A stretch of 64,000 nt of DNA from Mobula hypostoma (GCF_963921235.1 NC_086108.1:91762001-91826000); one strand, 5' to 3'; numbered from the stretch's first letter, positions 13,481-27,295 are shown. Translations and numbers: made by a program. The notes: generated from the sequence alone by a model not told the origin.

Positions 13481-14713
13481 CAAAAGTTCACTTAAGACCA
13501 GTCAATCTGTCCACTCATGATTCCAAGCTCTAGAACTATGTGAGACAAATTTTATTAGTGAATACTCCCAGGCCAGAACAGCACGTAGAAGGAATGCATA
13601 TTAGGAAGTTGCACACAAAAGTCAATATATCGTGTGATTTTATAACCATGAAAACTAGTTGACGTTCAAGGATGGTAAATCCTGCAAGACCTGCTGAGTT
13701 GCAGATTTGAACCTGCACTCATACCAAGCACCACTTGCACCAAACTAATTCATAAAGTCTTCTCCAATATGTGTGGTTCTGTGCATTCATGTTGAATGGT
13801 TTCTTTATGTAATAAAATACATGGCTGATTTAATAATATTTAAGAAAAAGCAAAAGAGTCAAGACTCATTAATTACCAAAGAATGTATAAATTATACAAC
13901 CTTGAGATTTGCTTGCTCACGGGTAGCTACAAAACAAGAAGCCCAAAAGAACCCAAAGAAAAAAAAAGAATAAAAATAAAAATAAAAGACCAACACTCAA
14001 TGAGCAAGAGAAAGAAAAAAAAATCATGTAAACAATTAAAGCAAAGAGCAACAGTGTTCCGAACCAAAATTGAGTCCTCAGTTCTGAACCTCAGAGCAGC
14101 CCGGAGTAGGCCCAAAGCCTTGCTTATCAGTTCATCATATGAGCAGGTCGGAGCACAGCAGCCGGGATAGTCGTCATAGCTTCAGTGCCATGGAGACGAA
14201 AGCGAGTGAAGTCAGCTCTCATCTGGACCGACACCCTGTCTTTTCAGTCTGTCTGGGCAGGCAGAACAGTGAAAGTCAATGGCACCCTGCAGAAACGAGT
14301 GAAGATTATGCAGAGCAAGCGAAATTGGCTCTCACCTCCAATTTGGTCTGGCGTTTAAACTCTCTAAACAGCATATTGTACCTTGCACTAGGACCCAGGC
14401 ACCACAGCTGTGAAAGGCTCCTCACACTAGGACCCAGGCTCCGGTGCTGTGAAAGGCTCTGGGCCTAGACCACGCTGTCCAGCAACTCGTTCTGGGCCCA
14501 GATTCCATCGCCTGACTCACTTTCAAGGACTCTATAATTCATGATCTTAGTATTATTTAATCTATCTATTTATGTATGTATGTATGTATTGATTTATTAT
14601 TTGTGCTTTTTTTGTAATTGCACAATTTGTTTTCTTTTGGTTGGTTCTCAGTCTTTGTGTGTAAATTTTCAGTTATTCCATTGCATTTCTTTGTTTTACT
14701 GTGAAGTTCTGCA

Positions 14714-15583
14714 GAGTGGGCAAACTCATGGCAGATGCAATTTGAGTGGGCAAACTCATGGCAGATGCAATTTAATGTGGATAAATGTGAAGTTATCCAC
14801 TTTGGTGGCAAAAATAGGAAAACAGATTATTATCTGAATGGTGGCCGATTAGGAAAAGGGGAGGTGCAACGAGACCTGGGTGTCATTATACACCAGTCAT
14901 TGAAAGTGGGCATGCAGGTACAGCAGGCAGTGAAAAAGGCGAACGGTATGCTGGCATTTATAGCGAGAGGATTCGAGTACAGGAGCAGGGAGGTACTACT
15001 GCAGTTGTACAAGGCCTTGGTGAGACCACACCTGGAGTATTGTGTGCAGTTTTGGTCCCCTAATCTGAGGAAAGACATCTTTGCCATAGAGGGAGTACAA
15101 AGAAGGTTCACCAGATTGATTCCTGGGATGGCAGGTCTTTCATATGAAGAAAGACTGGATGAACTGGGCTTGTACTCGTTGGAATTTAGAAGATTGAGGG
15201 GGGATCTGATTGAAACGTATAAGATCCTAAAGGGATTGGACAGGCTAGATGCGGGAAGATTGTTCCCGATGTTGGGGAGGTCCAGAACGAGGGGTCACAG
15301 TTTGAGGATAGAGGGGAAGCCTTTTAGGACCGAGATTAGGAAAAACTTCTTCACACAGAGAGTGGTGAATCTGTGGAATTCTCTGCCACAGCAAACTGTT
15401 GAGGCCAGTTCATTAGCTATGTTTAAAAGGAAGTTAGATATGGCCCTTGTGGCTACAGGGGTCAGGGGGTATGGAGGGAAGGCTGGGTTCTGAGTTGGAT
15501 GATCAGCCATGATCATAATAAATGGCGGTGCAGGCTCGAAGGGCCGAATGGCCTACTCCTGCACCTATTTTCTATGTTTCTAT
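14714..15583 (+). mobile_element. Young 5'-truncated CR1 LINE, uninterrupted RT C-terminal ORF (14735-15493)
   Basis: 252-aa ORF nearly identical to the C-terminus of 42026-43513; 3' UTR and (TTTCTATG)n tail; 30-bp tandem duplication at the 5' junction. Confidence 0.95.
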
Positions 15584-16234
15584 GATAATGAACCTCAGAG
15601 TTGTATATGGTAATGTATACGTGCTTTGATAATAAATTTACTTTGAACTTTGATGCCTGCCCTGGTGTGGGACCAATTCTTTGGCTACATAGTGGAACCT
15701 GAGGTGAAACTTAGTTACTGTGGATACAGGAACTCAGAAATAAAAACAGAAAGTGCGGGAAACCCTCAGCAGCTCAGACAGCACTGCCATTTGCTGAAAG
15801 GTCCATAATCACACAGATTAGCTTCACTTCTGTCTCGACATCAGCTATCGGATCCACTGAGCATTTTCTGGTTTTGTATCTATGGTAACTTAGATTCACA
15901 GCACTGATTTTATTGGACATAGGACGGCAGTAACAGAAAATCACAACTCTGTTTTAAACTGGTTGTTGGTAGGGTCATAACTTCTTTGAACATCTGTTAG
16001 TCTAGTCTTTCTTGTACTAGCTTTTAATCCCTCTGAATGATACCAGTTACCTCCTGGACTTGTTTACTTATCAGGCGCTTTATCCTGCTTTGTCTGCTGT
16101 AAATTACAAGATGACCATTGTTCAAAAGCACTTGATTGGCACAAGCAGGTGATAATAGCAAATAATAAATGCAGACTTTGTGTGAAAGATAATGACTGAG
16201 CCAGAAATTATTACTGCGGTTCTATGACGAGCTG

Positions 16235-16845
16235 TTATTAATGAGGCCCGCCATTGGTCAGAGTCAACCATGGATGTTGCTTCCCAGCTGTCTACATGAC
16301 ATGGAAAGCCAGTATGTAAGCCAGGGCATTATGATATGGAGAGCAAGCTGTTGCCCATGCAGCAAGCTCCCCCTCTCCACACAGCTGATGAATGCAAAGG
16401 AACGGCAGAGACCGATACAGATTGATACAGACTGGCAGGAGTTGCCAGTCAGCATTGAACTCAATGTAAGACTGCCTTAAGGATTCCTGTTCCGGAATTT
16501 TTCCTTGGGGCTTACTCTGGAAGCCTCCCCGAAGAGTGAGTATGGTTGCAAGGCAGTGGATGTTTAAAATCGACATTTACCTTCTCCAAGATGAGCTGCC
16601 CTCCACGGCTGATGTGTCCCGTCTGCCAACAACTGTTTTTAAAGGCACTAGTAGCCCACCTTTGCCCCTTCTCCTGTCGGTAGAAATGGTTCCGTTGGGC
16701 TTAGCAGTTAATCCACACACGAAGGCCAAGAGGTGGAGTTGGTTGTCAGAAGCTATTTGAGATGGATGCCATTGGGAGCATTTAATAGCTCGTAGAAGCT
16801 TATCCCTGCTACCACCCCAGCAATAACAACCTTAAGGAGCCAAGC
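16235..16845 (-). mobile_element. Degenerate RTE (BovB-like) 5'-region-derived element
   Basis: Blocks such as GTTGCCAGTCAGCATTGAACTCAATGTAAGACTGCCTTAAGG resemble antisense RTE 5' sequence; recall only. Confidence 0.4.
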
Positions 16846-17589
16846 TGCTGCTAAATACTGACTATTTTTCTCTTTATGTTGTTCATTTCAACCTTGGCAA
16901 CATTTTGGAAGAAAACTAGCAAAACCCTCTAAGGAATCTTGGATATGTATATAAATTATAGTAAATCTATTTGTTCAGAGCCCTATAGTCAGCATGTAGC
17001 ACTAATGGCAAAGGACTCAGTCACAAAGTAAGCTCACATGAATTTATAGATTCTTTGTGTTCTCAGCTAAGAAAGAAAGCAGATCTATCCATGTTCCCGA
17101 CAAACTATCATTATTTTCTAGCGCCCAAGTAAAACTCGCTGCTTTACAGGGGGCACTCTAATTTATGTCCCCAGTTCAGCAACACACTAATTAAACCAAT
17201 AATTAACACAAGTAAAACCTGGTCCTGAAATCCATAAGCGTGCAATTAATGGCTTACTGAATTTCAGAGGAAGAGTTTGTTATTGGAGTATTTGTATATA
17301 CTAAATGTTGAGCAATTATTTCCAAGATATTGATTAGGGAGGACATGTTTGAAGTGTACCGGCTTGTGAGGACATTGGGTCCAGAATCTACATTCCACAA
17401 CCTACAAACACTTTCAAGGATATTTCACATTATCACTATTATTTACTTATTTTTCATTTGCACAATTCATTTTCTTTTGCCTATTGTTTGTTTGTCTTTG
17501 TTTGTGTATAGTTTCTTTAATAAATTCTGTTGTATATTTTTAATTCCCTGCAAGAAAATGAATCTCAAGGTAGTATATCGTTACATATA

Positions 17590-18005
17590 TAGGACATCTT
17601 TAGGGAGCAGTGTCTCAAAAAGGCAGCGTCCATTATTAAGGACCTCCAGCACCCAGGGCATGCCCTTTTCTCATTGTTACCATCAAGTAGGAGATACAGA
17701 AGCCTGAAGGCACACACTCAGTGATTCAGGAACAGTTCCTTCCCCTTTGTCATCCGATTCCTAAATGGACTTTGAAGCTTTGGACACTACCTCACTTTTT
17801 TAATATACAGTAATTCTGTTTTTGCACATTTTTAAATAATCTATTCAATATACATAATTGATTTATTTGTTTATTTATTTTTTATTTTATTTATTATCAT
17901 TTTTCTCTCTCTCTGCTAGATTATTTATTGCATTGAACTACTGTTGCTAAGTCAACAAATTTCACATCACATGCTGGTGATAATGAACCTGATTCTGATT
18001 CTGAC
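17590..18005 (+). mobile_element. Rex1/Babar-type LINE 3' fragment (older family; related pieces near 38815-39130, 46920-47160, 50455-50950, 56200-56610)
   Basis: Translates as KKAASIIKDLQHPGHALFSLLPSSRRYRSLKAHTQ..RNSSFP, a typical Rex1 ORF C-terminus; tail CCTGATTCTGATTCTGA. Confidence 0.7.
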
Positions 18006-21000
18006 ATATATTGATAATAAATTTACTTTGACTTTGGAAGGGCCACCAAGATTTTCTGGACCACTTTCAGAGCCAGAGTAACAATTATTTCATTCTCCTT
18101 TACACTTGTGTACTGGAAATGACATTATAAACAATTATGGATCTAGTTTTTGAATCTTTCTACCAGTCAATTAAATCAGCAGAGATTTCTTGTTTAATTG
18201 GCTATTGAATAAAATGGTACTGGATAGTGATTCAGACATTGTGCAACGAAAGCCTTGTGAGACATGTTGGATAAGCCAGTGGGATTTCAGTGGTCAAGGA
18301 TTTTCATGCCTGTTTACGTGTGCCACACAGATTTCCACTAGTTGTGTTGAACAGCTTGCAGAGATCAGTCCCTCTGTTGTGAGCAGTTTGAATGCCTTCC
18401 TAGCTTTGATGATCCGAAAGTACTGTGTAAGGTGTGATAAATACATCAGACTGAACCTGTACTTTCAATACATAACAATATAAGGCGCACTCCACTGAAA
18501 ACAGCAGTCGTAATCAATACAAGACATAAGGTTGTTCTTTATAAATGTTATAGTTTGTCATCAGTGTAATTATCTTTGTAAGTAATCCGCAGTTGACGGA
18601 TTCTTGAATGGTCAAGGCATAAAGGGATATGGAGAGAAGGCAGCTGAATCAGCCATGATGAAATGGCAGAACAGACTCAATGGGACAAATGGACTAATTC
18701 TGCTCCTATATCTTATGGTCATAATAGGATACTAAAAACTATGCAGATAACATTTTAGATTTGATGTTTGCTATTGGGTGAAAGTACCAGATAACCTTGG
18801 AAGAAGCATTAACTGGATGTAATAATTCTTTCTATCTATTTTGAATGCAGGAAAATTGTCCTTCATGATAATAACTCATTTATGTTTGATTTCTCTGATT
18901 CCATAAATATAGGTTTGATAAATATTATTGATTTTCATATCCTGATAGGTACCTCTGTTGTGTGAAAACAGTGTTGGACAGACTCATATTAGTGCTAACC
19001 TGTCTATGTTGCTCAATGTGCACCTGGACTGCTGATACATATAAGGGAGAAGAAAACCAAGGAGGGTTACATTACTGTGCCGTATGTATGAAAACTTTGC
19101 TGCCATTGGGTAATTAAGCCTACATGCATATTTTGAGCTTTGCTGAAAATGTATAAGCTTGGATGAATATTAGAACATAGAAATTTACAGTACATTACAG
19201 GCCCTTCGACCCACCATGCTGTGTCGACTATGTAACCTACTCTAGAGACTGTCTAGAATTTCCCTAGCACATAGCCCTCTATTTTTCTAAGCTCCAAGTA
19301 CCTAAGAGGCTCTTAACAGACCCTATCGTATCCAAACATTTTATTATAGAAATTAACCTATAATCTACTTGTAAATTTATTTGCTTAAAGACACTACCGT
19401 CAGTGTGGTAGCAACTTATTTTACACTTTCCAAAGAAAATACTGGGGCACTTTGTACCATGCTCTGTTGCTGTTTGCCTTGTGCTATCTCGGTGCACTGT
19501 GTGGTGGTATGGTCTGTGGGAATAATATGCAAGACAGACTTTTCACTGTACCTCAATATACGTGACAATACTTACACAATTCCAGTTGTTGAACCAATCA
19601 GCACATCCTTAATCACTACCTCATGATGACCACTTTAACTGTCAGGAAGGGCAGGAAGATGATAGGACAAAATTGCAGCCAGCAGGGTGAGTGTCAGTGC
19701 ACTAGAGATGCAGAAACAAAAGGGTAGCAAATACAGTACTCAGAATGTTATATCTCAATGCACGGAGCATAAGAAATAACATGGATGATCTTGTTGCACT
19801 TTTACAGATTGCTGGGTATGATGTTGTGGCCATCACTGAATCGTGGCTGAAGGATGGTTGTAGTTGGGAGCTGAATGTCCAAGGTTACGCATTGTATTGG
19901 AGGGATAGGAAGGTAGGCAGAGGAGGTGGTGTGGCTCTGCTGGTAAAGAATGGCATCAAATCAGTAGAAAGATGTGACATAGGATTGAAGATGTTGAATC
20001 CTTGTGGGTTGAGTTAAGAAACTGCAAGGGTAAAAGGACCATGATGGCAGTTATATATAGGCCTCCAAAAGTAGCTAGGGTGTGGACTACAGATTACAAT
20101 GGAAAATAAAATCAGCATGTCAAAAATGCATGATAGTCATGGGAGATTTTAACATGCAAGTAGATTGGGAAAATCAGGCTGGTAATGAATCTCAAGAGAC
20201 TGAATTTATTGAATGTCTATGAGATGGCTTTTTAGAGGAGATTGTCATTGAGCCTACAAGGAGATCAGCTATACTAGATTGGATGTTATGTAATGAACCG
20301 AAGGGAATTAGGGAGTTTAAGATAAAGGAATCCTTCGGAGGCAGTGATTACAATACAATTGAGTTCATCTTGGAATTTGATAGGGAGAAAGTACAGTCTG
20401 ACATCACAGTATTTCAGTGGAGGAATGGAAATTACAGTACTATGAGAGAGAAGTCGGCCAAAGTAAATTGGAAGGAGACCCTGGCAGGGATGACAGCAGG
20501 GCAGAAATGGTGAAAGTTTCTGGGAAAAATAGGGAAGGTGCAGGATAGATGTATTCCAAAATCAAAGAAACACTCAAATAGTTCAACTGTGGCTCCCAAG
20601 GGAAGTCATGAGTAATGTAAAAGCAAAAGAGAGGGCATACAACAAAGCTAAAATTATCGGGAAGATAGAGGGCTGGGATGCTTTTCTTTTAGAGGGAAAA
20701 GATAAAATATGAAAGCAAACTAGCAAACAATAGCAAAGCAGATAGAAAAAGCTTTTTAAGTATATAAAAATAAACCAAGTATATAAAAGATGAGAGTGAA
20801 CATTGTATCGCTAAAGAATGAGGCTGGAGAAATAATAATGCGAGACAAGGAGATGGCAGATAAACTAAATGAATATTTTGCATCAGTCTTCACTGTGGAG
20901 GAGACCAGCAGTGTGCTAGATGTTGAAGTAAGTGTGTGAGAGAAGAAAAGTGAGTGCAATTACTTTTACAAGGGAGAAAGTGCTCAAAAAGCTGAAAGGC

Positions 21001-21961
21001 CTAAAGGTATATAAGTCACCCAGACGAGATGAACTGCACCCTTGGGTACTGAAAGAGGTAGTGATAGAGATTGTAGAGGCATTAGAAATGATCTTTCAAA
21101 AATCATTGGACTCTGGCATGGTGCCAGAGGACTGAAGAGTTGCAAATGTCACACCACTCTTTAAGCAAAAATGAAGGCAGCAGAAAAGAACTTATAGACC
21201 AGTTAGCTCTACCTCAGTAGTTGGGAAGATGTTGGAGTCAATTGGTAAGGATGAGGTCATGGAGTATTTGGTGACACAGGACAAGATAGGACAAAGCTAG
21301 CATGGTTTCCTTAAGGGAAAATCTTGCCTGACAAACCTGTTGGGATTCTTTGAGGATATTACACATAGGATAGATAAAGGGGATGCAGTGAATATTGTAT
21401 ATTTGGATTTTCAGAAGGTCTTTGACAGGGTGCCACACATGAAGATGCTTACCAAGTTAAGAGCACATGGTATTATAGGAAAGTTACTAACATGGTTAGA
21501 GCATTGGCTGATTGGTAGGAGGCAGCGAGTGGGAATAAAGGGATCCTTGCTTGGTTGGCTGCCAGTGACTAGTAGTGTTCTGCAGGAGTTAGTGTTGGGA
21601 CCACTTCTTTTTATGCTGTATATAAATGATTTAGATGATGGAATAGATGGGTTTGTTGTAAAGTTTACAGATGATATGAAGATTGAAGTAGTACTGAGGA
21701 AACAAAAAGGACTTAGATGAAGAGAGTGGGCAAGAGAGTGGCAAATGAAATACAATATTGGAAAATAAATTATCATCCACTTTGGTAGAAGAAATAAATG
21801 TGCAGGGTATTTTATAAATGGAGAGAAAACCTAAAAATCTGAGAGGCAAAGGGACTTGGGAGTCCTTGTGCAGAACACCCTAAAGGTTAAATTGCAGGTT
21901 GAGTCGGCAGTGAGGAAGGCAAATACAATATTAGCATTCATTTCAAGAGGTCTAAGATATA

Positions 21962-24900
21962 ACCAGGACTAGCGTCATTCTTACACTCAGCCATTAGGTC
22001 CTATAATGAGTCAACCTGTAGGCCGGGAAATAATGACACCCTCCTTTCTTTTACTTTTTCAATTTTTTTATTAATTTCTTACACAAAAGAATACAGAGTA
22101 CAGTAGGGTATATAATATATCAATTACAATATATTGAAATCACAGATAAAGTGTAATTACCCCATAGCCATATAAAATGAAATTTAAACATAATATTGAA
22201 AAGAGATAATTTTATTATACAAAAAAATCTAAACCCACTTCCAGAAAAAAAACAGCTGTTAGGTTTTAAAAAAAAGGAAGAAATCCTTAGCATATAGTAA
22301 AACATATTATTAGCCAATATCTGTGCTTAATAGCAAATCAAAGATTTTGAAAATAATTCAAAAAAAGTCCCCACAATGTTAAAAAAATCTTCTGTAGGTT
22401 CAGAAATTGAACAGCGAATCTTCTCTAAGTTTAAGCATGACATAACATCCTGTAACCAATGAGTATGAGTAGGTGGAGAGGCATCCTTCCACTTAAGCAA
22501 CAATGCCCTCCTGGCTATAAGAGAAATAAAGGCCAAAATATGCAGATCATGTGTCTCCAAAATAATATCATTTCCTCCAACAATACCAAATAAGGCAGTC
22601 AAAGGATTAGGTTTAAAATTTTCTTAAAAAGGCACCGAAAGAGTTTGAAATACTTCCTTCCAATATTTCTCAAGACTCAGACAAGTCCAAAACATATGGA
22701 TTAGTGAAGTTTCTCCATTATTACGTCTATCACAAAAGAGAGATATATTCGAATAAAAATGAGACAGCGTATCTTTAGTCATATGGGCTCTGTAAACCAC
22801 TTTAAATTGTAGAAGGGAATGACGGGCACATAGCGATGAGGTATTAACCAATTTAAAAATTTCATTCCAAGTGTCCTCAAAAATTGAAATCTGAAAATCT
22901 TGTTCCCAAAGATTTTTAATATTATCTAAAGGAATATTTCTCATTCCCAACAACATACCATAAATATTAGATATAGCTGAATTATGGAAGGGTTTCAAAT
23001 TAAAAATTATATCAAGTAAATTTTTATCTGGATGCTTAGGAAATGTATGTACTTGAGAACGCAAAATGTCTCTAATCTGTAAATATCGAAAAAAGTGAGT
23101 TCTTGGTAGACTGTACTTAACTGACAGTTGTTCAAATGAAGAGAGACTATCTCCAACAAACAAATCATAAAAACATTTAATACCCAATCTATTCCACTCT
23201 TTAAAAACTACATCAGATATAGAAGGTATAAAAAATAGTTAGGAGAAATGGGACTGGAAAGTGAAAAACTCAATAAACCAAAATATTTTCTAAATTGTAC
23301 CCAAATCCTTAAAGTGCGTAAGATTCTGTATATTGACAGCCCAGTAATAAAACCTAAAATTGGGTAAGGCTAAACTTCCATTTTTTTTTAGCTTTTTGAA
23401 GATGAACTTTATTTAATTGAGAAATTTTATTTTTTCCATATATAAGAAGATATAATAGAATCCAAAGAACCAAAAAAGGATTTAGGAATAGAAACAGGTA
23501 TGGCCTGAAATAGTTATAAAAATTTAGGCAAAATATTCATTTTAATGGAATTGATTTGGCCAATCAACGACAAAGAGGGGGGTGACCAGTTTGAAAGTGC
23601 CTTCTTAACATAATTCAGAAGTGTAAAAAACATTTTCTTTAAAAAGGAATTTATAATTCCTAGTAATAGTTACGCCCAAATAAGTAAATTGATTTCTTAC
23701 AATTTTAAAAGGAAGGTTAGTATTAACTAATACCAAATTATTCAAAGGAAAGAGTTCACTGTTATGAAAGTTAAGCTTATATCCAGAAAACTGACTAAAG
23801 CAGGAAAGTAAAGGAAGTAGAGAAGGGAAAGAAGACACCACATTAGAAATGTAGAGCAAAATGTCACCAGCACACCAGCACAAAGCGAAACTTTGTGGGT
23901 AATACTCCTCCTTAAAATACCAGTGATATCATTAGATTCCCGGAAAGCAATAGCTAAAGGTTTTAAGATCATATCAAAAAGCAAAGGACTCAAAGGGTAA
24001 CCTTGTCTAGTTCCACAATAAAGTTTAAATGGTTTAGGGTACTGAGAGTTAGAAAGAACCTGACCAGAGGGAGTTAAGTAAAGTAATTTAATCCATTGAA
24101 TAAAATTGGGCCAAAAGTTACATTTTTCTAAAGTTTTAAATAAATAATTCCATTCGACCCGGTCAAAGGCTTTCTCAGCATCTAAGGATATCATACATTC
24201 CAAAATCTCTTTAGAAGGAGAATAAATAACAGTCAATAAATGACGAATATTAAAGTGGGAGTATCGATTTTTGATAAATCCAGTCTGATCATCAGAGATA
24301 ATAGATGGCAAAATATTTTCAATCCTACAAGCCAAAAGTTTAGATAAAATTTTAGTACCAACATTAAGTAAGGAAATAGGTCTATAAGAAGAGCATTCAA
24401 TTGGCCTTATTCTTTTTAAGAATAAATGAAATAGAGGCTTCATAAAAAGATTGTGGCAACTTACCTAATTTAAAAGAGTCGGAAAGGACTGAATATAAAT
24501 GAGGTATAAGCAAGAAGGAAAAAGCCTTATAAAACTCTCCAGAAAATCCATCAGAACCCGAAGCCTTCCCCGAGTGCAAAGAGTGAACAACCTCGGCAAT
24601 TTCCTCATAGGAAATAGGTTGATCCAACGATTTTCAAATATCATCAGAAAGTGTAGGAATGTTTAATCAAAGGGCAGTCAACAGCTAAACCTTCCATTCC
24701 CTCCCAAAACAATCTACTGGATGAGCTCCAAAAAAAAAAAAATTCAAGGCAAAACTGCATTCCAACAAGACACAACAAAAAAAAGAGCAAAATTAAACAT
24801 ATTTTTAAAAACCTCATAAAAATTATAGTATAAAAATATTAGAAAGAAATATGAAAGTTCAAAACAAATTATCTTAGAAAGTATTAACTCAAAGAAAACT

Positions 24901-26143
24901 TATTAATATTAAATCTCTAATTTCCTAAACAAGGAAATAAAAGTACAAAAAAAATTAGATACGAAGGTGTACCAAAAGTGAAAAAGACAATTGTTCATAA
25001 AAGACAGTAATGAACTGTTAGACTACTGATTCTAAAAAAAGGATCCATCAGGCAGATGCAACATAAACTTGTGTAAAGAGTTATTGAACAGTTAAACTTC
25101 TGAAATTGATTCAGCACTCAAGAAATCCTGCACCTCTTCAGTCAAACGGAACCATCTCTGAGTCATTTTTCAAAATGATTCTAAGACGAGCGGGGTACCG
25201 AAGAGAGGGTTTAAGACCTTTATTATACAGCTCAGACATGACTTATTTAAACTTGAAGTGTTTGTTCAACACCTCTGGTGAAAAATCTTTCACAATTCTG
25301 AACTTCTGGTCTTCCAGAAAGGTCTACCTTTCTGACGAGATTCACGAATTAAAAGTTCCTTTGTTTGAAAGTCATGAAAACAAATTATCACTGAGCGGGG
25401 TCATCCTCCCAGAGGAGGCCTTGGTACAGGCAATCTGTGAGCTCGGTCTATTTTAGGTGGAGATTTTAAAGTATTCAGAAATAAATTAGCCAAAAGGTTT
25501 GCAAAAAATTCCGAAGACTGATTGCCTTCCAATGACTCTTTAAAACCCAGAATATGTAGATTATTTCTTCTGTTTCTATTTTCAAAGTCAATAATCTTCT
25601 GTCTTAATGTTTCATTAACATTTAACTGTTTATCACATCTGTTCCAGGTCATCAATCTTCACGTCGAACACCGTCAAAGTGTCTTCGTTCTCTTTTATCC
25701 GTTTATCGTGTTCACTTAAAGTTTTTTGAATACAATCCAATTTTCCATCCATCCGTTTAAATCCAATGCTGAGTAGCAGAGACTTCTCCAAAGGTTCATT
25801 TTTATGCTTCTGAATTTGGAATGATAATAGATTCCAAAGTTACCGGAGGGTCCTCTTCTTTTTTAGTAGCTTTAGCATGACTCATCATAAAGCAATATTG
25901 CGTTTAAAAGTAAGTTTTTGAAACAAGTTGGAAGCAGTAAATTAAAAAGAGTAGAAGCACCAATAAAAGTGCTGCGACTCCATCAACAGCCAGTTGTATC
26001 TGAGACTCCCTCCTGTTAGACTGTTTGAAGTAACTTATTTTTTATTCTTTCTTACTTCTTGTCTAATATTTGTATATCTGTGCACTTGTAATGCTTTTGT
26101 AACACCGTAGTTTCCTTTCGGATCAATAAAGTATCTATCTATC
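21962..26143 (+). mobile_element. Short Rex1/Babar 3' fragment split by L1 (21962-22045 and 26008-26143)
   Basis: Left part reads RTSVILTLSH-like decayed SFLP.AI..YN end; right part ends GGATCAATAAAGTATCTATCTATC, the same tail type as 35404-35431. Confidence 0.65.
22046..26007 (-). mobile_element. L1-clade LINE, 5' end present, ORF1 and RT pseudogenised, endonuclease region apparently deleted
   Basis: ORF1 remnant (DFENRNRRNNLHILG..KIDRAHR, ~25075-25888). ORF2 remnants GKASGSDGFSGEFYK, YRPISLLN, DQTGFIKNR, SLDAEKAFDRVEW, GTRQGYPLSPLLF, C-terminal CDRR..HMFWTC knuckle. A-rich tail with AATAAA on the minus strand at ~22046-22075. CCCTCCT at both flanks (22039-22045, 26008-26014). Confidence 0.9.
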
Positions 26144-27099
26144 GATATACCTATAAGAGCAGGGATGTGATGCTGAGGTTTTAAAAGGCTCTGGTGAGGC
26201 TTCAGATTGAGTACTGAGTTTTGAGCTCCTTATCTAAGGAACAATGTGCTTGCATTGGAGAGGGTTCAGAGGAGGTGTACAAGGTTGCTTCCAGGAATGA
26301 AAGGGTTATCATATGAGGAATGTTTAATGGCTCTAGCCTGTCCTTGCTGGAATCTAGAAGGATGAGGGGAATCTTTTTCAAACTTTTCGAATTCTGAAGG
26401 CCTAGACAGAGCAGACATGAAAAGGATATTTCCCATGGTGGGGGAGTCTAGATCAAGAGGGCACAGCCTCAGGATAAAGGGGCGTCCGTTTAAAACAGAG
26501 ATGCAGAGAATTTTCTTTCGCCAGATGGTGGTGAATTTGTGCAATTTGATACCATAGGCATCTTGGAGGCCAGGTCATTGGGTGTACTTAACGCGGAGAT
26601 TGATAGGTTCTTGATTGGCCATGGCGTCGAAGGTTGCTCGGAGAAGGCCGGGGAGTGGGGCTGAGGAGGGGCAAAAAGGATCAGCCGTGATTGAATGGAG
26701 GAGCAGATTCGATGGGTCAAATTGCCTAACCCGGCTCCTATGTCTTATGGTCTTATCGTCTTAATCATTTTGCACTAAAATGGATTTTTTTTTTGTTCTA
26801 ATTGTGTTCTTTCATAAAAAACTGTGCTTTGTTTATGTTTTTCTTGTATGATAAGTAGAGCAGATGGTGAGCCAAATGACCTAACTCTGTTCCTGTGTCC
26901 TTTGGTCTATAAACTTGAGTTACGTATTCCTTTGGCCATTCAGTGATTCTCCTTCGTGTGCTTCGGCATCTCTGATAGATAAACATAACATTTCCCCTGG
27001 AAAATCTAGCATTCAAACTATTGAATACCCCCCTAAATGTTTTGAGAATTCAAGTTTGTCTACACAGTTATTTGTTCCTTTTCCATTGTATATCTTCTA

Positions 27100-27295
27100 G
27101 TTTCATTATGATTCTCACCACTGTCCGTAAGGAGTTTGTACCTTCTCCCCGTGACTCCGGGTGCTCCGGTTTCCTCCCAGAGTCCCAAGAAGTACAGGTT
27201 GGTAGGTTAACTGGTCACTGGAAATTGTCCCGTGGTAAGGCTAGGGTTAAATCGGGAGATTGTTGAGCGGCACAGCTGTATCTAAATAAATTTTA
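27100..27295 (+). mobile_element. V-SINE (HE1-like) fragment
   Basis: V-domain-like GGAGTTTGTACCTTCTCCCCGTGACTCCGGGTGCTCCGGTTTCCTCCCA. Confidence 0.75.

Larger units (their letters stand above)
19640..26762 (+). mobile_element. Degenerate CR1 ORF2 (APE-RT-3' UTR) in two parts, ~19640-21961 and ~26150-26762, split by a nested Rex1+L1 insertion
   Basis: YLNARSIRN, VAITESWL, RGGGVALLVK, SDYNTIEF, YLDFQKVFDRVPH, VLGPLLF..KFTDD; sequence resumes at TATAAGAGCAGGGATGTGATGCTG after 26150. Confidence 0.9.

Noticed and set aside
17143..17160. CTCF-like motif TTTACAGGGGGCACTC
   Set aside because: Only the 3' half matches the consensus; a single partial motif is not supportable.
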